From Octopus vulgaris (lineage: Eukaryota), in NCBI GenBank assembly GCA_951406725.2, contig OX597815.1:30504001-30568000 (forward strand): a stretch of DNA of 64,000 nt. Direction: 5' to 3'. Position numbers and translations under genes: made by a program. The notes beneath the pieces are model-generated. The model ran no database searches, was not told the DNA's origin, and saw only the letters and a program-made list of their open reading frames with translations. The stretch's first letter is position 1. Each line of letters opens with the position of its first letter. Shown piece after piece: positions 51,865-64,000 of this stretch.

Positions 51865-52210
51865 AAGGCGCATGGCTCAGTGGTTAGAGCGTCGAGCTTA
51901 CGATCGTGAGGTTGTGAGCTCGAATCCCGGACGGGGCTGCGTGTTATGTTCTTGAGCAAGGCACTTTATTTCACGTTGCTCCAGTTCACTCAGCTGTAGA
52001 AATGAGTTGCGACGTCACAGGTGCCAAGCTGTATCGGCCCTTGCCTTTCCCTTGGACAACATCGGTGACGTGGAGAGGGGAGGCCGGTATGCATGGGCGA
52101 CTGCTGGTCTTCCATAAAACAACCTTGCCCAGACTTGTGCCTCAGAGGGTATCTCTCTAGGTGCAAACCCATGGTCAGTGCCTGACCGAAGGGGGTCTTT
52201 ACCCCTTTTA
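51865..52210 (+). mobile_element. tRNA-derived SINE (head plus CORE-like body plus tail T3)
   Basis: A-box tggctcagtggttag, B-box-like gagctcgaatcc, and body gttcttgagcaaggcactttatttcac...cactcagctgtagaaatgag. Confidence 0.85.
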
Positions 52211-52299
52211 CATGTACGTATATACATATGTGTGCGTGAGTGGATCTCTGTCTGTCTGTCTTTCACTCTGTCTATCTCTATATATATGTGTGGGTGTGC

Positions 52300-52359
<60 letters not shown>

Positions 52360-52569
52360 GTCTGTATGTCTGTCTGTCTATCTGTCTGTCTGTCTGTCTG
52401 CCTGCCTATCTATCTATCTATCTATTCCTCTATGTGTGTGTGTGCACGTACATATACATACACACATTCACACACATATACATAGAAGCACGCTAGTATC
52501 GAACAGTGAGAACGAGCCCTAAAAACCGACTATCGTGGACTAATATTCTTTATTTATGTATTAAGAGGA

Positions 52570-52760
52570 TAACTAGCGCAAGATTGTGGTTTCGATTCCT
52601 GGACCGAGCGATACGTTGCATTCTTGAGCAAAGCACTTCATTTCAGTTGCTCAAGTTCCCTTAGCTAGCAAAAATGGGTAATCTTGTAGCGGAGCGGAAT
52701 GTTGTCCTGAGTGGGGGATGGGGGAATATGCACGCGAAAGAATCCACAAACTGGGCCTAT
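52570..52760 (+). mobile_element. Degraded SINE (CORE-like body plus decayed tail T1)
   Basis: ggtttcgattcctggaccg...ttcttgagcaaagcacttcatttc, as in 63212-63454. Confidence 0.7.
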
Positions 52761-52766
52761 ATATAT

Positions 52767-53920
52767 ATTATTGTTTTACATGAAATGTCGCATTTTTAAT
52801 TACCTGATATTTCAGTCATTTAAAAACTCAATTATGAATACCTTGCATTTAATCTTCACTCTTCTTCTTTTCCAACAGTATTGGTATACAAAATTCGTAC
52901 CCACAGATCTTATGAAAATTATAACAACCAAACTATATTGAATAATTTTCTCACATGAGTACAAACTGGGTTACTCTGCCGCAGAAGCGCTACAGAATAT
53001 TAAGCGGGTCTTTGGTAATGGTTTTGTTGACATCAGAACTGTTCAGAGATGGTTCAAAAGCTGTCGTTCAGGAGATGATAGCCTTGAAAATAAACTAAAG
53101 GGCAGGCCAAAATAAGTTATTCGGTATGATGGATTAAATGCTTTGGTTGAACAAAATCCGAGAACAAAGGTTCGAAAACTTTCATCAGAACTCCAAACAT
53201 CTCGCACAACTGTGTTTGGACACCTGTAAAAAATTGGAAAAGTTAAGAAAGCAGATAGGTTTTTTCCACGTCAACTGAACGAGATTTAAAAACAAAACAG
53301 ACACCTCGAAGTGTGCTCCTTATTGCTTTCTCGACTGGAAAAAGACCATTTTTGCATCAAATCATTACCTGTGATGATAAATGGACACTCTTTGATACTC
53401 TTTTACGCAGGGAAACAGGACAGTGATTAGATGCAGGAGAGTCACCTAAACACTAACATCGTACTGCCAGGAAATTGATTGTATGCATGAGAATTTGAAA
53501 AAGAAGCAACTCAGGATAATGAATAGTGATGGCCCAATTTTGCTCCACAGCAACGTACGTCCTCACATTCCTCAAGCTACAGTCCAAAAGTTGCGAAGCC
53601 TGAATTATGAGATTTTGCAACATCCTCCCTATTCCCCTGATATCTCTCCTATTGATCATCACTTATTTAAACATTTTGAACTTTTCATAAGCAATAAAAC
53701 ATTCTGAAATAGAGAAGAGGTAACTGAAGCATTCGGACAGTTTATCACAGCGAAAGATGATTTTTTCTGTAAAGATGGAATATATGGCATAGAGGAACGT
53801 TAAGTAAACGTCATAAATGAACATGGATCATACTTTGATTAAATAAATCAGTTCTCTAACACTTCTGAGACATTTTATTGTTTCCATTCAAATACAACAT
53901 TTCATGTGAAACAACCTAAT
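52767..53920 (+). mobile_element. Mariner (DD34D) transposon, degraded, both TIRs present
   Basis: TIRs attattgttttacatgaaatgtcgcattt and aaatacaacatttcatgtgaaacaacctaat. Peptides HEYKLGYSAAEA..RTVQRWFK, ITCDDKW, LLHSNVRPH and HPPYSPDISPIDHHLF. Stops, frameshifts and an internal deletion. Confidence 0.92.
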
Positions 53921-54387
53921 GAAGTAACGAAGGCGGAAAATTCCAATTGTCACTAATAATGACTGAGGGTGCTAGGTACCATCTACATAGAAACAAAAGT
54001 CAAAGATACTTATAACGGCAAAACACACACATGTCTACGTACGCGCGCGCACACACTCACATAAACACATATACATAGATAGACAGACAGGCCAATAGAT
54101 AAATAGATAGATAGAAGGATAAATGTATCGATGGACAGATATATAGATAGACAGATAAAAGGAAAGGCAGGCAGACATATTGATAGATATATTGATGGAT
54201 AGATAGATAGAAAGATAGATATGTGTGACTGGGTATTTTTCGAACAAATATGCACTTTTACATTAGATGCTTGTAGCTGCTAATCTGTATATAGCTTGGT
54301 CAGTAGGATCGTGAAAACAAACAGAAATTATGTGAAACACTTCAGGTGTGGCATCGCATCAAAAATACATATATTTATACTCCCATC

Positions 54388-54418
<31 letters not shown>

Positions 54419-54685
54419 TGTATGTATGTATGTATGTATGTATGTATGTATGTATGTATGTATGTATGTATGTATGTATTATGTTCCTGTATGTTCGCAT
54501 ATGGCTGTACGTGTATGTGTATAGAGCTATCGCAAAGTTGTATCAATCCTGTTGGTATTTGGTTAATAGTTTTACACCTGCCAATCTCGTTTATAGCACG
54601 AGATACAAAATAAAAATGGTTGTAAAGAAATTTGTATTAGTCATAAATTACTCAGGTAGCCAGCCAATGCACATTTCATACACCA

Positions 54686-54798
<113 letters not shown>

Positions 54799-55020
54799 CA
54801 ATAGTAATTTCCCAAGTTCAAAAATGTGTGACTCTGAAAATAGCATTAAAGAGTACATTTCCACTTTGACGAACAATCCTTTTCAATTGAAAAATACAAA
54901 AAAATCTTTGCACATTATTAAAATCGGTTATATTTATATACGCAAATACACGCTTGCAAAGATAAGCAGACACACACTTCTGGACACACATTCCTTACGC
55001 TCTTACTCAAGTATGTAAGC

Positions 55021-55131
<111 letters not shown>

Positions 55132-55301
55132 GCGCAGGAGTGGCTGTGTGGTAAGTAGCTTGCTTACGAACCACATGATTCCGGGTTCAGTCCCACTGCG
55201 TGGCACCTTGGGCAGGTGTCTTCTATTATAGCCTCGGGCCGAATAAAGCCTTGTGAGTGGATTTGGTAGACGGAAACTGAAAGAAGCCCGTCGTATATAT
55301 G

Positions 55302-55355
<54 letters not shown>

Positions 55356-55570
55356 TGCGTTTGTTTGTGTGTCTGTGTTTGTCCCCCTAACATTGCTTGA
55401 CAACCGATGCTGGTGTGTTTATGTCCTCGTCACTTAGCGGTTCGGCAAAAGAGACTGATAGAATAAGTACTGGGCTTACAAAGAATAAGTCCTGGGGTCG
55501 AGTTGCTCGATTTAAGGCGGTGCTCCAGCATGGCCGCAGTCAAATGACTGAAACAAATAAAAGAGTAAAA
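55132..55570 (+). mobile_element. SINE family B, full length, with an internal (TA)/(TG)n
   Basis: A-box tggctgtgtggta, B-box gggttcagtccc, ggcaccttgggcaggtgtcttc, and tail ggcggtgctccagcatggccgcagtcaaatgactgaaac. Confidence 0.88.
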
Positions 55571-56569
55571 GACTATATGTGTGTGTATATATTTATAGAT
55601 ATATATGTGTGTATGTGTATGTGTATATGTGTGTATGTATGTATTTTTATATGTGTGTATGCATGTATATAATGTACTTCATATGAAGGCACGTGGCTTA
55701 ATGATTAAGGTGTTGTTCTTACGGCGCCGGTTCGATTGCTGACCGAGAGACAAATATTTTACATTGTTCCCCTATATTCAGATGAAAATATGTAGTAGCC
55801 AAGTGCTTCTGCTGTCCCTTCCCTCTGTCTCTTTCATTCATTCTTTCTCCCTCTCTCTAGCTATCTCTGTCTCTCTCTGTCTCTATCTGTCTGTCTGTCT
55901 GTCTGTCAGGTCTCTCTCTCTCTCTCTACAGTTGCTATATCATCAATGCTAGGTTAATTCTGGGACTAGTTAGACTCGTGACTATGTTAGACTCGTCTTT
56001 ATTAGACATATGAAACGGATACTGAAAGCGTAGTACATGGTCACACGTACTTGCTTGCAACTTTCTTTTAGCTGCTTTCTTTTATGCTTTCGTTGTTAAT
56101 ACGAAGTAAAAAATAAAAAGAAGACAGTCCAACCCTATAAATATGGATCGATTATTCTCATGAATAGGGGTGTAGGACAAGATTGTGGCTATTGCTGCTC
56201 TCGGATGCATTTGCTCAGCGAAAGCCTCAGTAGATCTTGCATGTCTTATTCGCTTTCTAGTGGCGCCTTGGGTTTCACGCACGCACACACACACACGCAC
56301 ACACACACACACACACATACACACACACACACACTTATATTGCATGCATACACCCTGCATACACCAATAACACAAACACAAACCCACTCACACACCTACA
56401 CATATATATAAATAAGACCTCACTGAGGCCCAACGATACTAATGACCAGCCGTTAGAACTCACTATATTTGTATCTTAGAGAAAGTATCAGCTGAGTAAA
56501 GAGCATAAACTCTATATAATAATCTGTTTGTTCGTTCGTCCTTTATACTTTAGTTAGAGAGGTGGAGTA

Positions 56570-56622
<53 letters not shown>

Positions 56623-59600
56623 GGTTGTAGGAATGTGAGTAGAGAAGAGAGAAGAGAGGTGTATAATAATACACTAAGACCAAATTCATCATGTGCTTTA
56701 TTGAAGAGAGGCGAAGAGCAAGAGAAAAAGGTGGTGAGAGAAAAGAAGGAGAGAGAAAGAGGGTGAGATAAGTGTTAACGACGTGTGGTAGGGTGAGGAG
56801 GGAAAGGTAAAGAGAAAGAGATATGTTTACGATACAATATTTAGCAGACGGTGATGATCTGGTGGTGAGGTTAAAGAAAGACAGATAGAGAGAAACGGAC
56901 AGGGGATGCAGTTACATTGAGGGGATGGAAAGAGAGGTACATAGTGTTTGTATTGTCAGAATAGAGATATTTTGACAGCAAAAAAAAAAAAAGCAGACAT
57001 AAACAAACAAGTGAGCCGAACGGAAATGAAATGAGTGTTGTTACTAAAAACTATAGAGATGACGAGGATGGTGGAGATGTTGCTGATGGTGACGATGTAT
57101 TGATAGTGAAAAGTATTTTCTTAACGAATTAAATCTATTATTCTTTTACTTGTTCGTTTAAATCTTACGTTTTAGTCTGCTAGAGAGGAGGAGGCAGTAG
57201 ACTGAGAGGGAAAAAGAAGGAATGTTAGAGTGAGTGAGAGAGTAGATAGCCAGCCGATGCATTATGCCGTCATTAAAGTGGTTAGTGGAAGTGAGAGGTG
57301 AAGAGAAAGAGGGAAATGTTAAAGGAGTGACGAGGATAATTGCATGGTTAAAAAGTTTGTTGAAGAGGTAGAGAGAAAGAGAAAAGTATAAAATGCACAG
57401 CAGAGGGAAATTTTAAAATCCTGTAATATATTATTGTAGCTTTCCTTCTTTCTTAAATAGCCTCTCTTAATCTATTTCGTTCTGTGGACTTTCCACGGGT
57501 CCCACTAATTAATTTATTAGTGACAAAACAAAAAAACTTTTGTAATCTCTTTCCTTAGCAATAATTCAGTTCTTTTCTTTCTGTACAATGAGCCGTTGTT
57601 ATAATTTGTTCTACTTCTTTGGGAGACAAAGACGACATCGCGGCGATTAACTAACAGAGAATGACACGTATTCAAACTGATTTTATACTTTTTAATATCA
57701 TTACCCTTCATGCTTAATCTAGTGGTGCGTCGTTTATATGTCATTTGGATTGTTACAATAACCTTATTTGAAACTGGCTGTAGAAACAGTAAAGCTTTTG
57801 TTACGAATTTTGTACCTAATTTTGATCACGTTTGTGATCCATTTCTACTCCCTGAACGTATACATGCAGCATCTCTGGTGACAAACCAATCCTGAGTTCC
57901 TTGGTAAAATGCTCAATAACTATCATTGTGGGTTATGGCGAGATATGACTTAAGATTTATAACTGGTACAGCTATGTACTGGAGAGCAAAGACATAAGCG
58001 GCTCTATTTTACTATTAACTAGTAACCAGCAGTGAAAACTGAAAATGACGGCACATTTGACGGATCACAACTGGTTTGATAGAGTTGAGTGATATAGTTT
58101 TATGATAATAATTTAGTGGTCCTTACTTTATTGATACTAGTTGCATGGAAAAGAATCTTGACACTTGTTTGATTTGAACTAAGATATGTATGAAATGTAA
58201 CAAAATGTAGAGAAGTAAAGAATTCATTACGTCTCTATTCTGAAATGTGTAAGTGTAAATTATACCTGTGAATGAGGATATCTAACACTTGCAGTCACCT
58301 GTAATAAATGTCACGATATCTGATTGTTCGTTAAAGCTAATTCTTTCCACATTATCAAAGCAAACCTCCGTAAATTATGTGCGTCAAACCCCATAGATCA
58401 AAAGCTATACTCATAGTAGTTGGATATCACAATCTGGTTTGGTCACGATTAAAGCAATTTCGCAATAAAGCTTCAATAGAAATTTCTAAAATGCATGGTC
58501 TTTGCATGCAGTCATGAGAAAACAATGTTCTGATTATATCTGTCCTGAGTATTCCGACGTGATTAGACGGCAATCCAGTTTCAAATCCCAACTGACACGA
58601 TTGTATATTTCATTAAAGTTGCTAATGTTTATAAAGCGCAATCGTAAAGTTCCTGTTTGGTAATTTATAGTTTATGTCACACTTCATTTCACTTATGTGG
58701 ATAATGCCTTTGAAAAAGCTACGCACAATAAATAATCTTATTTTCTATCTTGTACCCATATAAATGAAAATTATATCTGACGTTTGTTTGTGATGCAATG
58801 ATGGGTACGTTCTAAAGGATACAAATCGCTGGAAGGTTTTGATGGTCTACTTTTGTAACTTTACTCACCTTGCTACGAAAGTCATAAATTTCTGATTTCT
58901 CTCATTAAATCTTCGGTTTCCGTATTTTGAGAATGTCACCCGGTTTTAGTTTTATTTGTGTATCATTGATCTTCACGTCTTCGTACATGAGATTGTGAAA
59001 GAAACCATTGTGGAACTTTCATGAACATTACATCTTTCAGTTTTGCTTGTTCTATAAACATAACATATTTTGCTTTAAATCAGAAGACATCAAATTCTTA
59101 ACGTGGCTAATCATTTTTGATAGCAACAATGTTATTGTTTTATAGGGAAATTATTTAAATGAGTGGTTAATTATATTAATTACCATACTTTAATTATTTT
59201 GATTTTTTTAATCTGCAATGAAACTTCTGTTGACTTATTCTACGACTAATATGACAGAAAATGGATTAAGTGTATAAACATTGAACAAAATAGTTACTGC
59301 GATATTTGAAAGGGACTGTCACCTGGTGCTGTTATGATATTTGCAGTAGAAGAGTTGGCGTGTTTATAAAATATGCATTATACGTATATTTTAGAATTTA
59401 TTGTTGCCTCATCCATAGAAAATATAAACATACTTGGTCTGACGTTCAGTTATATCTGCTGTTTTCTAAAGTGATCTTGAGATAAACTTCATACTGCATA
59501 AATACTATCGACTCCATATTTTTAGCATCAAATCACATTTGATTACTATTTACCAAATATTCGAGAAATAGTTTCTAGATATATAAAAATTAATTGATGA

Positions 59601-60907
59601 ATTAATGTGTTCAGTATTTATCTAAATTTTGTAAACGCCACAGGCGTTTGAAGGTTTTGTTAATTACAGATTTTCTTCCTTTTTTGATTTTCTATTGATT
59701 AATCTATTTAAATGATATTAATTATGAGGTATTGCGGACAATTATTACGTATTAATCTATCTATTTCATGAAATCATTTTCTGTAAAAATTTTAAATCAT
59801 TATTTTAATATGGCAGTAAATAATGCAATTTTTGCACAAAAATTTAGAAATTATGTTTCGTGAAAAACTATAAATTATCTCAAAATTACTAAAACCTCTT
59901 TTTAAATGCGATAAACATTTAAATGATTTAAATCGAGAAATATCCAGGTTATATGCATTTGGAATTAGTGTGATGCTAATTAGGAACGAAATATTTAAAA
60001 TTATTAAAAAATAATTAAAACTTTATTGATTAAAAAAGATAATTTAATCAGAAATGTCTGAAAGAAAACCATGTTAACCAAATCAGAATCCTGTGAACAA
60101 TTTATCAAACCTCTGCACTAGTAGAAATATCATTATATTATTGATTCGGCCTCAGAACCAAACGCATTGAGAACTCTTAGGTCAATAATGAGAAGGCAAG
60201 ATAAGCAAATTATTATTAATGAATTACATTTATCTTAAACGAATAAGAGAATTAGAAAAAAAAATCACTAATATTTGTTAGGAACAAAAATGTAGAGATA
60301 AAAATAATATCGATATTTTCGTTTGATTAATGCTACAATCTAAAAATAGTGTTAAAAAGGCAAAATGGCACCAACCATGTTGTTAGTTGAAGATAAACGA
60401 TATGTGCGATTAAATTGGCTTCCTTAGTTTCATAGGTTCTATATTTGAGAGGACAGATATAGTAAGTTGTGACGTTCATACTATAAAATGGGTCTTAATG
60501 AGTTTTAACAGCGTTTGTCTACTATATTTTAGTCGCTTGTGGCAGGTATCGAACTATCATCAACTGGAAATTTAAGGCGTTTTATTTCCTTCGTTTTCCT
60601 TAATTACTCAGATAATTACATGAACGTGACCTTCCAGAGTCTCTTTACATTTTCAGAGAGTTAGCTGAGTGATTAGCGTCCTATCCAATGAAAAAGCCTC
60701 TCAACCGTAATCGCGGTGCTAAATTTAAGATATGTATATCATTGTAATTCGCTAACTATGTTTTCTTTCATTCTTTCTCTCTTTCTTTCTTTCTGCTTCT
60801 TACTATGTTCTTTCCAGCATTCTTTCATACATCTTTCAAATTTTTGTTCTCATTCTTGTTTTCTTTTCTGGTTCTTTTGATCACTGTATGACTGTCCTCA
60901 TTCTCAC

Positions 60908-61030
60908 ATCAGAAATGGCCTGAACTCTTTGCATGAACACCACCCTGTACATAACTCCATGTCCCCCTACATGGCCTTGCTTTTTGCTTTTTGAGCCCCA
61001 AAATTAACTTAATTAACTTAACTTAACTTA
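60908..61030 (+). mobile_element. CR1-clade LINE extreme 3' end, same family as 37035-37450
   Basis: Reads QKWPELFA*, then tacataactccatgtccccctacatggccttgctttt and a (TTAAC)n tail. Confidence 0.85.
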
Positions 61031-62084
61031 TCTCTGTTTTTCTTTGATTTTCTTTTCGATTTTAATTTCACGTTCGCTCTGTTTCATTGTTTTGACACTT
61101 AAAAACAAGCAACAAAAGTATCAGTATCTGTGTACCGTTTTACTGTGTCTATGACCCATGCATTGGAGGCATAATAGATAAAAGAGACAATATCTAACTT
61201 TCTAGTAAACGAGGCTGTACTAAAATCTCATTTATTAGATTTTATTATTAAATATTTAACATGCATTATTTTTCCATATCATAGATATGTTGCAACTTCT
61301 AGTATATTGTACAAACAATTTTTGTAGTTTGGCGAGCTTTAAATGTTACAAGATGTAAATATTTCGGAGAAATAAGTATGAGTAAATTTTGACCTTCATT
61401 TAAAGTGCAAAAGAGAAAATTAATTTCGACTCATATAAAGATTAATGGGAAGACAGGCGATGTAACTGAGAACTAATGAGCTGGATATATAAGATAATTA
61501 AATACCTGAGAGAAACCAGGTGAATTGTATGTAGATTAATAACCACTGAATACATAAATAGGAAGATAAGTAGATAAATAAAGATTGAGATTGATATAAA
61601 GGTAGATGGCTAGAAAAGAGAGTAGAGGATGAAATATTTTCAGTTAGAAGGAACCTGAGCACACTGGATGGATATATGACGGATAGACATCTAGATATTT
61701 GCAAAATTGTACTATAGTGACAAACCTACATACAAATAAGTAGATAGAAAAGTAGAAATTTTGGTGGATACAAAAAACATGACATTTTACAAAGATAATT
61801 GTTTTTCACTATTTTTCTTTTTCTTTGTTGTTTAGTCATTTAGTTTTTCTTATTAAATCTGAGTGCATATAATATTATGTTTTCTTAGTTGCTTTCCACT
61901 CAGTGAAATTTTCTATTTCTGTATAAACAGATTACTTTTTGTTTCCATAGATTTCTTAAATATATATTTGTCCTACTTTTCTTAGAATATTATATTATTT
62001 TATTGGCTTTACTTTCGCTTATAACTTAGTACATTTATTTTGTTTCTTTCACATGATTTCTTTCTTCTTAAATACTTTATATAA

Positions 62085-62245
62085 GCGCAGGTATAGATGC
62101 ATGGTTCAAACATTCTATTCAAAACTTTATGGTTTCGTGTTTGATTCTAATGCAAGAAACCTTAAGCTAGTGTCTTCTACAATATTTTCTTGGCACATTG
62201 TGAGTGAAATATGGTGAATGGAAACTGTGGAAGATTCTTGTAGGT
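62085..62245 (+). mobile_element. SINE family B 5' half, old
   Basis: gcgcagg...gtgtcttctac...ttgtgagtg...ggaaactgtggaag. Confidence 0.6.
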
Positions 62246-62519
62246 AACTTTCTGTTTTAAGGTAGTATCCTTAATCTAACGACTGGTGTGACTGAACCAC
62301 TTAGCCTTTGTGCTCCTGGAACGGTGTTGATTTTGATGTAAGCATTCGGACCTAGTTTTCCAATATGAGGCCATGATCTTGCCTTTTCCCAACAGACCTG
62401 AAAAATATCATGGGAACTGCTTTCTTCTGTTCATCTCATACTTCCATTCAAAAAAATGTTTTCTCTCTTATGTTTGATGCCCAAACATTTAGATATTTTT
62501 GATTTATAATCATTTCTAA

Positions 62520-62850
62520 AATAGGCAGAACGTCTGAAAATTTGAGAGAGGAGATTAGTCAATTAAAATCAATCCTATTATAATTTATCGAAACCAGAGG
62601 GGTAAAAAGTTAGTTTGACCTCGGTAAGGTTTCAAATTAGATTGAAAGAGACTTAACTAAACAAGGCCGATCGTTTTGTCAGATCTTCAAATAATTTAAC
62701 CACTGCAGCCCCCTCTTTAACTAATAATAAACGAGACTTAGCGAAGAAAAATGAAGTATTGGGGCGATTCATTGGACTAAAAATCCTTCAAGGCGGTGCC
62801 CCAGCATGGCCGCAGTCTAATAACTGAAACAATAGAATAAAAGAATAAAA
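62520..62850. mobile_element. Old SINE A copy (minus, ~62520-62710) and SINE B 3' end (plus, ~62740-62850)
   Basis: Decayed core aatttatcga...tttgacctcgg, and tail aaggcggtgccccagcatggccgcagtctaataactgaaac. Confidence 0.65.
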
Positions 62851-63211
62851 GAATGTCAACAGTTATCAAGCTTGAGAACCACTGCTTTACATTAATGAAG
62901 CGAGTGTGTCGTAAAGATACATCTTATGAAAGAAGCTGTTCTCTAAAAACGAAATGCAACAACGATTAGCTCATCCACAATAGAAACTGCGGAATAGTAT
63001 GAAGACTGACGATTATATCATTGTCTTGATCGTCATTGCTCTCCATGCATATTCTGAAGTAAGAAATAATAATTCAAAAATTTAGTACAAGTACTTCCAG
63101 TTCCTACTTTGCCATCTACACACACACACACACACACATTTACATATATTTCTTTTGTAAAGTTTCAGCTCAGAGCTGCGGCCATGCTGATGCACCGCCG
63201 TTTATAAATGC

Positions 63212-63452
63212 GCCCTTTTAAAGCCTAGCCAGGCTCAAGGGCCCAGTTTCCCGATTTCTATGGCGCATGTGTTCCCCAGCTGGACGGGACGCCAGTCCAT
63301 CGCAGCGTTACTCATTTTTGCCAGCTGAGTGAACTGGAGCAAAGTGAAATGAAATGTTTTGCTCAAGAACACAACGCGTCGCCCGGTCCAGGAATCGAAA
63401 CCACAATCTTACGATCATGATGCTGTCACCATAAACACTAAGCCACGCGCCT

Positions 63453-63454
<2 letters not shown>
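63212..63454 (-). mobile_element. tRNA-derived SINE (head plus CORE-like body plus tail T1)
   Basis: Reverse complement reads ggaggcgcgtggcttagtg...ggtttcgattcctggacc...tgcgatggactggcgtcccgtccagctggggaac. Confidence 0.85.
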
Positions 63455-63496
<42 letters not shown>

Positions 63497-63509
63497 GTAT
63501 AATTCGCTT

Positions 63510-63900
63510 TGTGCTTAGTTATAAGAGCGTGGACTGTATTTTCGTCGCTCTGTGCGCATCAAGTACAACGGCGGCTGACAGACAGCACTTCCATAAGTGT
63601 AGAGGTTATCTCGAACCAGTATTGTTCTCCACCAGTATCACCGCCAGGCCAAGAATTTTTAAGCATTCTCCATAGTCCAGCCCTGCAATTTCGCCATAAC
63701 GGACCAGCTATTTCTCATCGACGCTCAAAGTCTTCGAGAGAAAGTTGTCGCTCTTGGCCAACACTCTTATCGATTGCCAAAGCGAAAGTTCTTCCGACCA
63801 CATTGTTCTACTGGCAGAGAATCTTGGCGCTAGGTACCCTACCATGATCTACGCTTGATCCAGGACTGAAATTGTCAAAAAGATGAGATCTGCCAATGCG
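63510..63900 (-). mobile_element. Old degraded Tx1-clade fragment related to 44296-46427
   Basis: Minus strand reads LVRDNLYTYGS...CT*CAQSDE.TVHAL, versus LPVRDKLYRHGS...CPRCGQSDETVLHAL in the young copy. Confidence 0.65.
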
Positions 63901-64000
63901 AATCTTCTCCATAGCTTGGGTGTATGATGGCTTTTGCTGGTGAATGTGATAATGTTTCTGTGGTGCTAGTGATTGTCAGTAGATACTGATGATGGTGGCT

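Noticed and set aside
51865-51940. tRNA-like sequences (also at 31275, 38455 and 63454)
   Set aside because: A and B boxes are present, but the acceptor stems do not close and each continues into a SINE body. These are SINE heads, not tRNA genes.
53483-53707. SETMAR-like host gene
   Set aside because: It lies between mariner TIRs, has stops and frameshifts, and has no SET domain. It is a dead transposon.

Overview
Eukaryotic, AT-rich, microsatellite-saturated intergenic or intronic DNA with no host protein-coding gene, tRNA, rRNA or CRISPR array that I can support. The repeat families and the density of (AAT)n, (TA)n, (CA)n and (TCTA)n tracts suggest an Octopus-type cephalopod genome (inference from recalled repeat sequences, not checked). 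Nearly all listed ORFs are simple-repeat artefacts. The interpretable content is mobile DNA: (1) one young 5'-truncated Tx1/L1-clade LINE with an uninterrupted 567-aa RT/zf-RVT ORF, set inside a (TCTA)n tract, plus an old relative; (2) about seven fragments of restriction-like-endonuclease (R4/Dong-like) LINEs and three copies of a ~555-bp non-coding element, mostly embedded in (AAT)n; (3) CR1-type and RTE-type LINE fragments and an ORF1-only L1/Tx1-like relic; (4) over 25 tRNA-derived SINE units from several modular families; (5) two mariner relics, Chapaev3-like relics, a non-autonomous Helitron and a ~445-bp fold-back element. The best leads are microsatellite-targeted retrotransposition, two LINE-SINE 3'-end partnerships visible inside the window (one with Tx1), and SINE multimers that share one fixed junction at independent loci. 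Coordinates of degraded elements are by eye and approximate.
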